64,000 nt of DNA from Terrimicrobiaceae bacterium (GTDB lineage: Bacteria > Verrucomicrobiota > Verrucomicrobiia > Chthoniobacterales > Terrimicrobiaceae). A program made the position numbers and the translations under genes. This document shows positions 1 through 7,760 of the stretch, piece after piece. The stretch covers positions 1-64,000 of the forward strand of contig JBIIPZ010000012.1 in the NCBI GenBank assembly GCA_044342325.1. Direction: 5' to 3'. The notes under the pieces are model-generated. The model searched no databases. It saw only the letters and a program-made list of their open reading frames with translations, and was not told where the DNA came from. Position 1 is the stretch's first letter. The number at the start of each line of letters is the position of its first letter.

Positions 1-36
1 GGCATACCCCACTATCAGCACACGAGAGGAAGTCCT

Positions 37-834
37 TCAATTCGGTTCATTGCGCTTCCTCGAAAGCGGTGCACGCCTCCCGAAGGTCAGGATGTCTGAT
101 CTTGCGAAGTTTGTGCTTTCTTCGGCGATATCGACATCCATGATCCGGCTGTTCGCGGCCTCAAGGTTTGTGCGGTTTACGGCCAAGATTTCCTGCGCAA
201 ATGTCATGCGAGACTGCTCCGCACCATTGATGGCACGAAGTTCCGCAATATCTTGAATTGCAATTTCAAGCGCAGCAGATGCAGTTGTTGCGTAGTCCAC
301 TGTGGAAATTCCACCCGTCAGCGCTAAAATGTCGGTATCCACCGCATCAAGGTCGGCTTTGGTAATTCCGGCCGTTTGAGTTCCATTCTCCGAGGTAACA
401 ACTGACAATGTTTGACCGCTTGCTGCAAAGAGCGAGATGCCATTGAACTCTTCCGCCAGTAAATCGGACATGTTGGCCTGCAACTCGACAAATTCCTTAT
501 GATAGAGTGCTGTATCGTTGGTTGACACGGTGTCAACCGAAGCCAATGTGGCCAACTCTGCCATGCGAAGGGCGATGGATGATGCCACTTGCAGAACGCC
601 ATCCTGCGATTGCAGGAAGGAAAGCGCATTTCCCACATTAGCAGATACGGCATCCGTGCGACGTATCGCCGCTGAGAGTTTCATTGAGACCGCCAAGCCG
701 CCTGGATCATCGACGGCGGAGTTGATTCGGTAACCGCTTGAAAGCCGGGTGAGGCTTTTTTGCAGATTGCGGTTGTTTTGGTTCAGATGGTAAGAAACCG
801 GCGAGGCGGCTCCTGTAGCATTAAGACTGATCAT
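37..834 (-). CDS. fliC: Short flagellin with aberrant C-terminus (last conserved D0 residues replaced)
   Basis: Flagellin N-terminal motif (RLSSGYRINSAVDDPGGLAVS) and C-terminal motif (GAEQSRM...LEAANSRIMDVDIAEE). It ends ILTFGRRAPLSRKRNEPN instead of ILQQAGTAMLAQANQ. Confidence 0.9.
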   Translation of the reverse strand: MISLNATGAASPVSYHLNQNNRNLQKSLTRLSSGYRINSAVDDPGGLAVSMKLSAAIRRTDAVSANVGNALSFLQSQDGVLQVASSIALRMAELATLASVDTVSTNDTALYHKEFVELQANMSDLLAEEFNGISLFAASGQTLSVVTSENGTQTAGITKADLDAVDTDILALTGGISTVDYATTASAALEIAIQDIAELRAINGAEQSRMTFAQEILAVNRTNLEAANSRIMDVDIAEESTNFARSDILTFGRRAPLSRKRNEPN

Positions 835-906
835 ATGATATTCCTTTCAATTTGCTTGCGGCTTCCGCGCCACGGACGGGTCGAAGTTTGAGTGCTCGGC
901 CTCACT
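835..906 (-). promoter_or_regulatory. Conserved flagellin 5' leader (AGTG-N8-CACT hairpin, GGA-hexaloop hairpin, GGA in Shine-Dalgarno)
   Basis: Sense strand AGTGAGGCCGAGCACT...GTGGC-GCGGAA-GCCGC...AAAGGAATATCAT-ATG; same layout as four other leaders. Confidence 0.75.
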
Positions 907-966
907 TTTGGATTTACACCAAATTTTTTTGTTTTTTAATAAGCTTTTGAAAAAACTAGGTTGAGA

Positions 967-2325
967 TTATAAAATGAGGTTGAACAAGGAACTGTTCATG
1001 GCCACATTAGATTGAGCGATGTAAGCCGTGCCCGCATCCTGCAGAAGCTTTAAACGGGAGAAGTTGACACTCTCGGCAGCAACATCTAAATCGCGAATCT
1101 CACCAAGGGATTCCGTGGCGTGATTCTTAAGCAAAGCATTGGAATCAATCAGATTTCTGATTCGGTTTTGCTTGGCACCATTTAGTGCGATGTATTGCGC
1201 GAGGGTGTCGAAATCGATTAATTCAGTTGTAATTAAAGAATCAACAATTCCATTAAGCGCAGCAGACATATCTGTGTTTGCGCTGGCTAGACTTCCGACC
1301 ACAGCCCCGCTTTGAGAAGTAAGTTGCCTTGTTTCAGTGTCAGAAGGGTCATTTGTAAACAAGTAAAAGTTTACATCATTAGATGATAGCTGTGATGCAA
1401 CACCATTTATTGTCACTCCAGGTTGAACTGGAGGCTCAGAAGGTTCATCTGTGAAGCCAATAACCACTTTTTTGGAGTCTGTATTTTGCCAACCGCCGGC
1501 CACATCAATTGCATCATAAACTCCATCTATCAGGGACTCTCCAAGGCCTCCAACGCCACCTGTAACTTGGCCCCGCAGAGAAGTAAGCTGAGAAGTAAGA
1601 TCTGGTATCGAGCTCACAAAAGCGCCTCCGTTTGGCGCTCTGAAGGTATGCCCTGAAAGGTCTAAACGATACCCAACAGCCTTTGCAGTCCAAGTAGATG
1701 CATTTAATCTAGTAGAGACAGAATTAATAAAACTGCTAATATTTAAGACCACATTATCAATGTATGGCCCCATACTTCCAGAAATATCTGCCAAAAAAAT
1801 CATCTCTAGTGGTTTAGGATCATTCTGCGTAGTAAGATTAAATTGAGATACTGTTTCAGCAGCACTATTGATTAAACCAGTATCGGCATCCATGGAATCC
1901 ATGTCGGAATCTGGCGAAAAGAGCCTTACTCCGTTGAACCTCTCATCACGAATTTGATAAATTTGCGCGATGAGACTGGCCTTCTCGGTGTCATAGATTG
2001 AGATATCCCCTTGTGACTTTATGACATCCTCTTTTTGGATTTCAATTTCTTGAATTCTCGCTAAGATACTCCCGACGCGCTTGAGGTAGGCTTCTTGGGT
2101 CTCTAAAAAGGAGAGCGTGTTTCCCAGGTTCTGACCGAGGGCCGATGACTGGAGCACCTTGTTATTAAACCTCGCCGAGACAGCTACTCCCGCCGGATCA
2201 TCGAAAGAGGAATTTATTCGCAATCCACTCGAAAGACGGGTTATGCTTTGCTTCAGGTTTTGGTTTGTTCTGGCTAAAGTCAATGAAGCAGACATGGGCG
2301 CAGCATTTGAACTTAAGTTGATCAT
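967..2325 (-). CDS. Flagellin with inserted von Willebrand factor A (MIDAS) domain
   Basis: Flagellin N-terminus (RLSSGLRINSSFDDPAGVAVS...FNGVRLF) and C-terminus (NGAKQNRI...IRDLDVAAES...LQDAGTAYIAQSN) flank a ~190-aa insert containing IFLADISGSM (DxSxS) and VVIGFTDEP. Confidence 0.88.
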   Translation of the reverse strand: MINLSSNAAPMSASLTLARTNQNLKQSITRLSSGLRINSSFDDPAGVAVSARFNNKVLQSSALGQNLGNTLSFLETQEAYLKRVGSILARIQEIEIQKEDVIKSQGDISIYDTEKASLIAQIYQIRDERFNGVRLFSPDSDMDSMDADTGLINSAAETVSQFNLTTQNDPKPLEMIFLADISGSMGPYIDNVVLNISSFINSVSTRLNASTWTAKAVGYRLDLSGHTFRAPNGGAFVSSIPDLTSQLTSLRGQVTGGVGGLGESLIDGVYDAIDVAGGWQNTDSKKVVIGFTDEPSEPPVQPGVTINGVASQLSSNDVNFYLFTNDPSDTETRQLTSQSGAVVGSLASANTDMSAALNGIVDSLITTELIDFDTLAQYIALNGAKQNRIRNLIDSNALLKNHATESLGEIRDLDVAAESVNFSRLKLLQDAGTAYIAQSNVAMNSSLFNLIL

Positions 2326-2362
2326 AAGAATTACTCTATATCATTTCTACAGAGCTCTGAGT

Positions 2363-2391
2363 TTCATGCGAGATCAGGAATCTCACATGAA
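2363..2391 (-). other. Stem-loop between the 288-aa flagellin and the vWA-flagellin (no U-tract)
   Basis: TTCATGCGAGAT-CAGGA-ATCTCACATGAA inverted repeat on the + strand; no poly-U follows on the minus strand. Confidence 0.55.
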
Positions 2392-2429
2392 GCCGGTTAA
2401 CCGTGATAGGTTGTAAAAAACAGATGTTT

Positions 2430-3296
2430 TCAGACCAGCAACCGCAAGAGCGACTGGTTGGACTGATTCGCCTGCGCAAGCATTGCTGTTCCAGCTTGCT
2501 GCAGGATGTTCAAGCGAGCCAAGTTCGCGCTTTCTGCTGCGATATCCACATCCGTGATGCGACCGTTGGCTGCTTCGAGATTGGTTTTATTCACCGCAAG
2601 CATATCGGCAGCGAAAGTAAGGCGCACTTGCTCAGATCCATTGGTGGCACGGAGCGTTGCCAATGTTTGGATGGCTTCCGTGATATTGGAAATAGCAGCA
2701 GCAGCTCCTGTTGCGGAAGCAAAGACATCATCTGCAACAATGTCTCCAGTCGAAGAGCTAGTTCCTACGTATCCACTAACAGCAGCTAAATCAAGCTGGG
2801 AAATACCAATAGTCTGCGCACCATCTTCAGAAGTAACAACTTGAAAAGTAACATTGTCTACAGTTGTGTTCAATGTTGCCGAAGAGGCAAATAGACTCAC
2901 GCCATTGAATTTCTCGCCGAGCATGGAAACGATTTGAGATTGTAACGATTCATATTCCGTCTGATACAATGCAGTATCGGTGGAAGACTTTGTAACGTCC
3001 GTCGCCAACTGAATAAGCTCTGACATACGGTTCACCACCTTCTCGGCGCTCTTTAAGACCCCGTCCTGTGTCTGTAACGCTGAAAGCGCATTGTTCACAT
3101 TGGCTTGGGTTGCCTCTGTGCGGCGGATTGAGGCTGACAACTTCATCGAGACTGCCAGACCACCAGCGTCGTCCATCGAAGAATTAATACGCGATCCGCT
3201 CGAAAGCCGGTTGAGGCTCCGTTGCAGGTTCACATTGGTGTTTGAGAGGTTATACGCCGCCGACGTGGACGCCGTGTTTGTGTTTAGACTGATCAT
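2430..3296 (-). CDS. fliC: Short flagellin (288 aa)
   Basis: Complete flagellin N- and C-terminal motifs with a minimal variable region. Confidence 0.96.
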   Translation of the reverse strand: MISLNTNTASTSAAYNLSNTNVNLQRSLNRLSSGSRINSSMDDAGGLAVSMKLSASIRRTEATQANVNNALSALQTQDGVLKSAEKVVNRMSELIQLATDVTKSSTDTALYQTEYESLQSQIVSMLGEKFNGVSLFASSATLNTTVDNVTFQVVTSEDGAQTIGISQLDLAAVSGYVGTSSSTGDIVADDVFASATGAAAAISNITEAIQTLATLRATNGSEQVRLTFAADMLAVNKTNLEAANGRITDVDIAAESANLARLNILQQAGTAMLAQANQSNQSLLRLLV

Positions 3297-3380
3297 TTTA
3301 GTATTCCTTTACTTTTATTTATTTGTGCAGCTTCCGCGCTGCTATCGGGCCGCTTTAACTTTAAGTGTTCGACCTCACTT
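3297..3380 (-). promoter_or_regulatory. Conserved flagellin 5' leader
   Basis: AAGTG-AGGTCGAA-CACTT...GCGGCCCG...GCAGC-GCGGAA-GCTGC...AAAGGAATACTAAA-ATG. Confidence 0.78.
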
Positions 3381-3400
3381 ATTTTTTTCTGATTGAATTT

Positions 3401-3428
3401 AACCACAGAGGACACGGAGAGCACGGAG
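3401..3428 (+). repeat. 9-bp-periodic intergenic repeat (CACRGAG type)
   Basis: AACCACAGAGGACACGGAGAGCACGGAG; related copies at 4545-4572, 45740-45767 and 55696-55721. Confidence 0.7.
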
Positions 3429-3566
3429 GGGGGGCTCCGTAGGCTTATGCACTTTAAGAAAAATACTTTTTTTATTTTACAATACTCACCAGGATATTGG
3501 CTTCCATGCTTCTATCCCGATGAAGATATTGTTCATTAAATTTTGTTAACGGTCTTTGAGAATTCC

Positions 3567-4433
3567 TCAGACGAGCAAGCGCAGGACGGATTGATTCGCC
3601 TGATTCGCTTGGGCAAGCATCGCTGTTCCAGCTTGTTGCAGGATGTTCAAGCGAGCCAAGTTGGCGCTTTCGGATGCAATATCTACATCTGTGATTCGAC
3701 CGTTTGCCGCTTCGAGGTTAGTTTTATTGATCGCAAGCATATCTGCTGCAAATGTCAAACGAACCTGCTCCGAACCATTGGTGGCACGAAGTTCTGCGAG
3801 AGTTTGAATAGCAAGCGTGATATTGCTAATGGCAGCAGCAGCACCTGTGGCTGATGTAAAGGCGTCCGCAGGATCAATCTCTCCAGCATTACCTGAAGCA
3901 GTTCCGACATACCCACCAACGGCTCCCAAGTCCAATTTAGAAATATCAATTCTCTGCTCACCATCCTGTGATGTAACAACTTCCAGCGAAGCATTATCGA
4001 TAGCCACATTTACTCCACCCGCAGTGAACAAGTTGATACCGTTAAACTGCTCACCAAGCATGGATCCTAGTTGGGACTGAAGGGATTGATACTCTGTTTT
4101 ATACAATGCCGTATCAGTTGTGGACTTTGTGACGTCTGCAGCCAACTGAATAAGCTCAGACATCCGGCTTACCACTTTCTCCGCTGTCTTTAATACTCCA
4201 TCTTGAGTCTCAAGGTAGGAAAGTGCGTTATTTACATTGGCTTGGGTGGCTTCCGTCCTACGGATGGAAGCTGACAACTTCATTGAGACGGCCAAACCAC
4301 CGGCGTCGTCCATCGAGGAGTTGATGCGTGAACCGCTCGAAAGCCGATTTAGGCTCCGTTGGAGGTTCACATTGGTGTTACCCAGGTTGTAGGCTGCAGA
4401 TGTTGCTGCAGTATTTGTGTTGATGCTGATCAT
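3567..4433 (-). CDS. fliC: Short flagellin (288 aa)
   Basis: Complete flagellin motifs; closest paralogue of 2430..3296. Confidence 0.96.
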   Translation of the reverse strand: MISINTNTAATSAAYNLGNTNVNLQRSLNRLSSGSRINSSMDDAGGLAVSMKLSASIRRTEATQANVNNALSYLETQDGVLKTAEKVVSRMSELIQLAADVTKSTTDTALYKTEYQSLQSQLGSMLGEQFNGINLFTAGGVNVAIDNASLEVVTSQDGEQRIDISKLDLGAVGGYVGTASGNAGEIDPADAFTSATGAAAAISNITLAIQTLAELRATNGSEQVRLTFAADMLAINKTNLEAANGRITDVDIASESANLARLNILQQAGTAMLAQANQANQSVLRLLV

Positions 4434-4512
4434 TTTAGTATTCCTTTACTTTTGTGTTTTTGCAGCTTCCGCGCTGCCTTCGGGCGATTTTTTCAAGTGT
4501 TTGGCCTCACTT
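4434..4512 (-). promoter_or_regulatory. Conserved flagellin 5' leader
   Basis: AAGTG-AGGCCAAA-CACTT...CGCCCG...GCAGC-GCGGAA-GCTGC...AAAGGAATACTAAA-ATG. Confidence 0.75.
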
Positions 4513-4638
4513 TTTGGAGTTGTTCCAAAATTCTTTTGTTTTTTCACCACGGAGAACACGGAGGTCACGGAGAAGTTTTTGGAGCTCATCTGACTGTGTT
4601 TTGTGGTTCATGGTTAAAATTTGGTTTTTTTGACTGAA

Positions 4639-4698
4639 TCGAAGCGGAGCGGAGAAAGACTGCCCTTGGCAGCCCATGGGGCGAGCGCAGCGAGTCAA
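4639..4698 (+). mobile_element. Short double-hairpin element ending GCGAGTCAA, inserted in a 9-bp repeat
   Basis: TCGA...CTGCC-CTT-GGCAG/GCCC-ATG-GGGC...GCGAGTCAA. Removing it restores TTGACTGAA TTGACGGAA TTAACAAAA, matching the uninterrupted repeat at 4975. Confidence 0.55.
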
Positions 4699-5576
4699 TT
4701 GACGGAATTAACAAAATTGTCGGATCGCTACGAGGTGGGAGGCTGCTAAGCGACAGAGCGGTTGCTTTTCGGCATTGCGATGTGTCTGTTCCTTGAGCTG
4801 AGTAAGCCCTTTGGTTATTGTGTTCCGGTTTTTCACCAGTTTTGTTTCCTTTTCGGTAATTCGTCTGTCTTTTAGTTCATTCTATTTTCCATCCGTGGAT
4901 TCCGGCTGTATGGCGTCCTTGCCTGGCCTAGGGTTATTGTTTTTGTGAAAGTGGGTTTGGAGGGGGCTGGTTTTTTGACAGAATTGACGGAATTAACAAA
5001 ATGGCAGGATTTCCGTGAGATAGGATACTGGTATGAGGCAGTGCTGTGGCTTTTCGGCTTTGCAACGCGCCTCTTCCTTAAGCTCTATAAGCTCTTTGGT
5101 TATTTTTTTCCGGTTTTTCACCAGTTTTGTTTCCTCTTCGGTAATTCGCCCGTCGTTTAGTTCATTCTGTTTTCCATCCGTGGATTGCGGCTGTATGGCG
5201 TCCTTGCCTGGCCTAGTTTAATTGTTTTATTGGGAAATTAAGTTCAGAGGGGTTGGTGGTTTTTTTGACAGAATTGACAGAATTGACAGAATTGACAGGA
5301 TTGACGGGTTTAAAAAAATGGCAGGATTTCCGTGAGATAGGATGCCGGTATGAGGCAGTGCTGTGGCTTTTCGGCTTTGCAGCGCTTTAGGCGGTCTTTG
5401 GTTATTTTGTTCCGGTTTTTCACCAGTTTTGTTTCCTTTTCGGTAATTCGCCTGTCGTTTAGTTCATTCTATTTTTCATCCGTGGATTCCGGCTGTGTGG
5501 CGTCCTTGCCTGGCCTAGGGTTATTGTTTTATTGGGAAATTAAGTTTAGAGGGGTTGGTGGTTTTTTTTCAGAATT
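4699..5576 (-). ncRNA. Three tandem ~290-bp non-coding units rich in GGA motifs; candidate CsrA-binding (CsrB/RsmY-like) RNA
   Basis: Near-identical ~135-bp cores at 4810-4944, 5095-5228 and 5397-5530. The minus strand has GGC-AAGGAC-GCC in all copies, TCC-ACGGAT-GGA in two, and further GGA motifs in A-rich context. The repeat is certain; the RNA function is inferred. Confidence 0.45.
5265..5309 (+). repeat. Tandem 9-mer (TTGACAGAA)n
   Basis: TTGACAGAA x3, then TTGACAGGA and TTGACGGGT. Confidence 0.85.
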
Positions 5577-5637
5577 ATGCGATCATCAGGAGCTTGGAGA
5601 CTGTAATCGTCATTGCGGTTACTTTCATCCAGCCTGG

Positions 5638-5669
5638 ATTGGGGCGGGGTTTAAATCCCCCGCCCCAAT
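5638..5669 (-). other. Strong GC stem-loop 3' of flagellin, no U-tract (stability element or partial terminator)
   Basis: ATTGGGGCGGGG-N8-CCCCGCCCCAAT; homologous stem at 6735-6761. Confidence 0.65.
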
Positions 5670-5688
5670 ACCTCGGTTACCCTGATTC

Positions 5689-6558
5689 TTAGCTAATCAG
5701 TCGGAGGATGGACTGGGTAGATTGGTTCGCCTGGGCGAGCATCGCTGTGCCGGCTTGCTGCAGGATGTTGTAGCGGGCGAGCTTCGTGCTTTCGTCGGCA
5801 ACATCCACATCGAGGATGCGGCTGTTTGCAGACTCGAGGTTGGTTTTGTTCACTGCGAGCATGTCCGCAGCGAAGGTCAACCGGGACTGCTCGGCACCGT
5901 TGTTGGCGCGGAGTGTGGCTAGGTTTTGTATAGCGTCTTGGATGTAACCAACTGCATCATTAGCGTCAGCAGTGGTGCTAATGTCCATATTACTGCCCGA
6001 ATTTGTGTTACAGATATCAAAGACGATCTGATTCAAATCCACTTGTGTGATACCAACAGTCTGATTGCCATCGTGTGATGTAACCACTGTGAGAGTGGAA
6101 CTCTGGCTGATAACTGCATTGTTGGCAGAGGAACTTGCCCCCTCGCTAAACAGACTAATGCCATTGAACTCTTCATCGAGCATCAAAGTGAGCTGGCCCT
6201 TCAGTTGGGTCAGTTCCGTGTTGTAAAGAGCGAGGTCGCTGGTAGATTTGGTCACATCTTGAGCCAGCGTGGCGAGTTCTGACATGCGGTTGAGAATTTT
6301 ATCCGCTGTCTTGATAACTCCGTCCTGAGTTTGAAGGAAGGCGATGGAGTTGTTGACATTGGCCAGGGTGGCGTCTGTGCGGCGGATGGAAGCACTCATC
6401 TTCATGGACACGGCGAGGCCTCCGGCGTCGTCGTAGGATGAGTTGATGCGTGAACCGCTGGAGAGCCTGTTGAGGCTACGCTGGAGGTTCACATTGGTGT
6501 TGCTGAGGTTGTAGGCAGCCGATGTGGCTGCTGAGTTGGTGTTGATTACTACTGACAT
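5689..6558 (-). CDS. fliC: Short flagellin (289 aa)
   Basis: MSVVINTN...RLSSGSRINS and RILDVDVADES...QQAGTAMLAQANQ. Confidence 0.97.
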   Translation of the reverse strand: MSVVINTNSAATSAAYNLSNTNVNLQRSLNRLSSGSRINSSYDDAGGLAVSMKMSASIRRTDATLANVNNSIAFLQTQDGVIKTADKILNRMSELATLAQDVTKSTSDLALYNTELTQLKGQLTLMLDEEFNGISLFSEGASSSANNAVISQSSTLTVVTSHDGNQTVGITQVDLNQIVFDICNTNSGSNMDISTTADANDAVGYIQDAIQNLATLRANNGAEQSRLTFAADMLAVNKTNLESANSRILDVDVADESTKLARYNILQQAGTAMLAQANQSTQSILRLIS

Positions 6559-6630
6559 ATCCTTTGTCTTTCTATGGTGCGAAGTCCGTTTCGCTTTCGG
6601 GCCGCTTTGGTTCAGTGTTCGACCTCACTG
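6559..6630 (-). promoter_or_regulatory. Conserved flagellin 5' leader with canonical ANGGAN hexaloop
   Basis: CAGTG-AGGTCGAA-CACTG...GCGGCCCG...GCGAA-ACGGAC-TTCGC...AAAGGAT-ATG. Confidence 0.8.
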
Positions 6631-6734
6631 GTTTGACTAAATTTTATTGGACAGAATTACTGAATTTCAGAGTTGGAGGCTTTGCTTTTGTCTCAACTCT
6701 GTGGTTTGAACAGCTACTTTCGATGAGCCTGTAT

Positions 6735-6761
6735 TGGGGCGGGGTATGGTCCCCCGCCCCA
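6735..6761 (-). other. Strong GC stem-loop 3' of flagellin, no U-tract
   Basis: TGGGGCGGGG-N7-CCCCGCCCCA. Confidence 0.65.
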
Positions 6762-6782
6762 GTTACTCAGTTACCCTAATTC

Positions 6783-7664
6783 TTAGCTGATCAGTCGGAG
6801 AATCGACTGGGTCGATTGGTTCGCTTGAGCGAGCATCGCGGTGCCGGCCTGCTGCAGGATGTTGTAGCGGGCGAGTTTTGTGCTCTCGTCGGCGACATCC
6901 ACATCGAGGATGCGGCTGTTGGCGGCCTCGAGGTTCGTTTTGTTCACTGCGAGCATGTCCGCAGCGAAGGTCAACCGAGACTGCTCGGCGCCGTTGTTGG
7001 CGCGGAGTGTTGCCAAGTCTTGAATCGCGTCTTGGATATAATCCACGGCATTTTGAGCTGCTGTCGTGGTGGAGATATCCATATTGGAGCTGGAACCTGT
7101 GTTGGTGATGTCAAACACGATCTGGTTCAAGTCGACTTGAGTGATACCAACTGTTTGGTTGCCATCGTGTGATGTAACCACCGTGAGGGTTGGGTTGACA
7201 TCGATGGCGAGACCAGTTGCGGAGGCAGAGCCGCCGGCCGCGACGCCCTCTGAGAAGAGGCTAATGCCATTGAATTCTTCACTCAACATCAAGTTGAGCT
7301 GGCCCTTCAATTGTGTCAGTTCCGTGTTGTAGAGAGCGAGGTCGTTTGTAGATTTCGTCACATCTTGAGCGAGTGTGGCGAGTTCCGACATGCGGTTGAG
7401 GATTTTATCTGCGGTTTTGATGACTCCGTCCTGGGTTTGCAGGAAGGCGATGGAATTGTTGACATTGGCCAAGGTGGCGTCGGTGCGGCGGATGGAAGCG
7501 CTGAGCTTCATCGACACAGCGAGGCCGCCGGCGTCGTCGTAGGCTGAGTTGATGCGTGAACCGCTGGAGAGGCGATTAAGGCTTCTCTGGAGGTTGACGT
7601 TGGTGTTGCTGAGGTTGTAGGCAGCCGATGTGGCGGCTGAGTTGGTGTTGATTACTACTGACAT
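6783..7664 (-). CDS. fliC: Short flagellin (293 aa), first gene of the array
   Basis: Complete flagellin motifs; termini almost identical to 5689..6558. Confidence 0.97.
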   Translation of the reverse strand: MSVVINTNSAATSAAYNLSNTNVNLQRSLNRLSSGSRINSAYDDAGGLAVSMKLSASIRRTDATLANVNNSIAFLQTQDGVIKTADKILNRMSELATLAQDVTKSTNDLALYNTELTQLKGQLNLMLSEEFNGISLFSEGVAAGGSASATGLAIDVNPTLTVVTSHDGNQTVGITQVDLNQIVFDITNTGSSSNMDISTTTAAQNAVDYIQDAIQDLATLRANNGAEQSRLTFAADMLAVNKTNLEAANSRILDVDVADESTKLARYNILQQAGTAMLAQANQSTQSILRLIS

Positions 7665-7736
7665 ATCCTTTGTCTTTCTATGGTGCGAAGTCCGTCTCGC
7701 TGGCGGGCCGCTTTGGTTCAGTGTTCGACCTCACTG
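7665..7736 (-). promoter_or_regulatory. Conserved flagellin 5' leader with canonical ANGGAN hexaloop
   Basis: CAGTG-AGGTCGAA-CACTG...GCGGCCCG...GCGAG-ACGGAC-TTCGC...AAAGGAT-ATG. Confidence 0.8.
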
Positions 7737-7760
7737 GGGGAGTTTCCTCCGTTAGGTTAT

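Noticed and set aside
4766..5390. GCCGAAAA motifs in each repeat unit as sigma28 -10 boxes
   Set aside because: No TAAA at 15-16 nt spacing in any copy.
4699..5576. Triplicated unit as CRISPR, or as the coding ORFs 4945..5160, 5033..5221 and 5350..5685
   Set aside because: Units are ~290 bp with no unique spacers. The ORFs differ in length between copies, have low-complexity F/S-rich translations and are antisense to the array.
37..7664. Flagellin array as a diversity-generating retroelement or invertible phase-variation locus
   Set aside because: No reverse transcriptase or recombinase in the window, all genes are co-oriented, and differences are not visibly adenine-specific.
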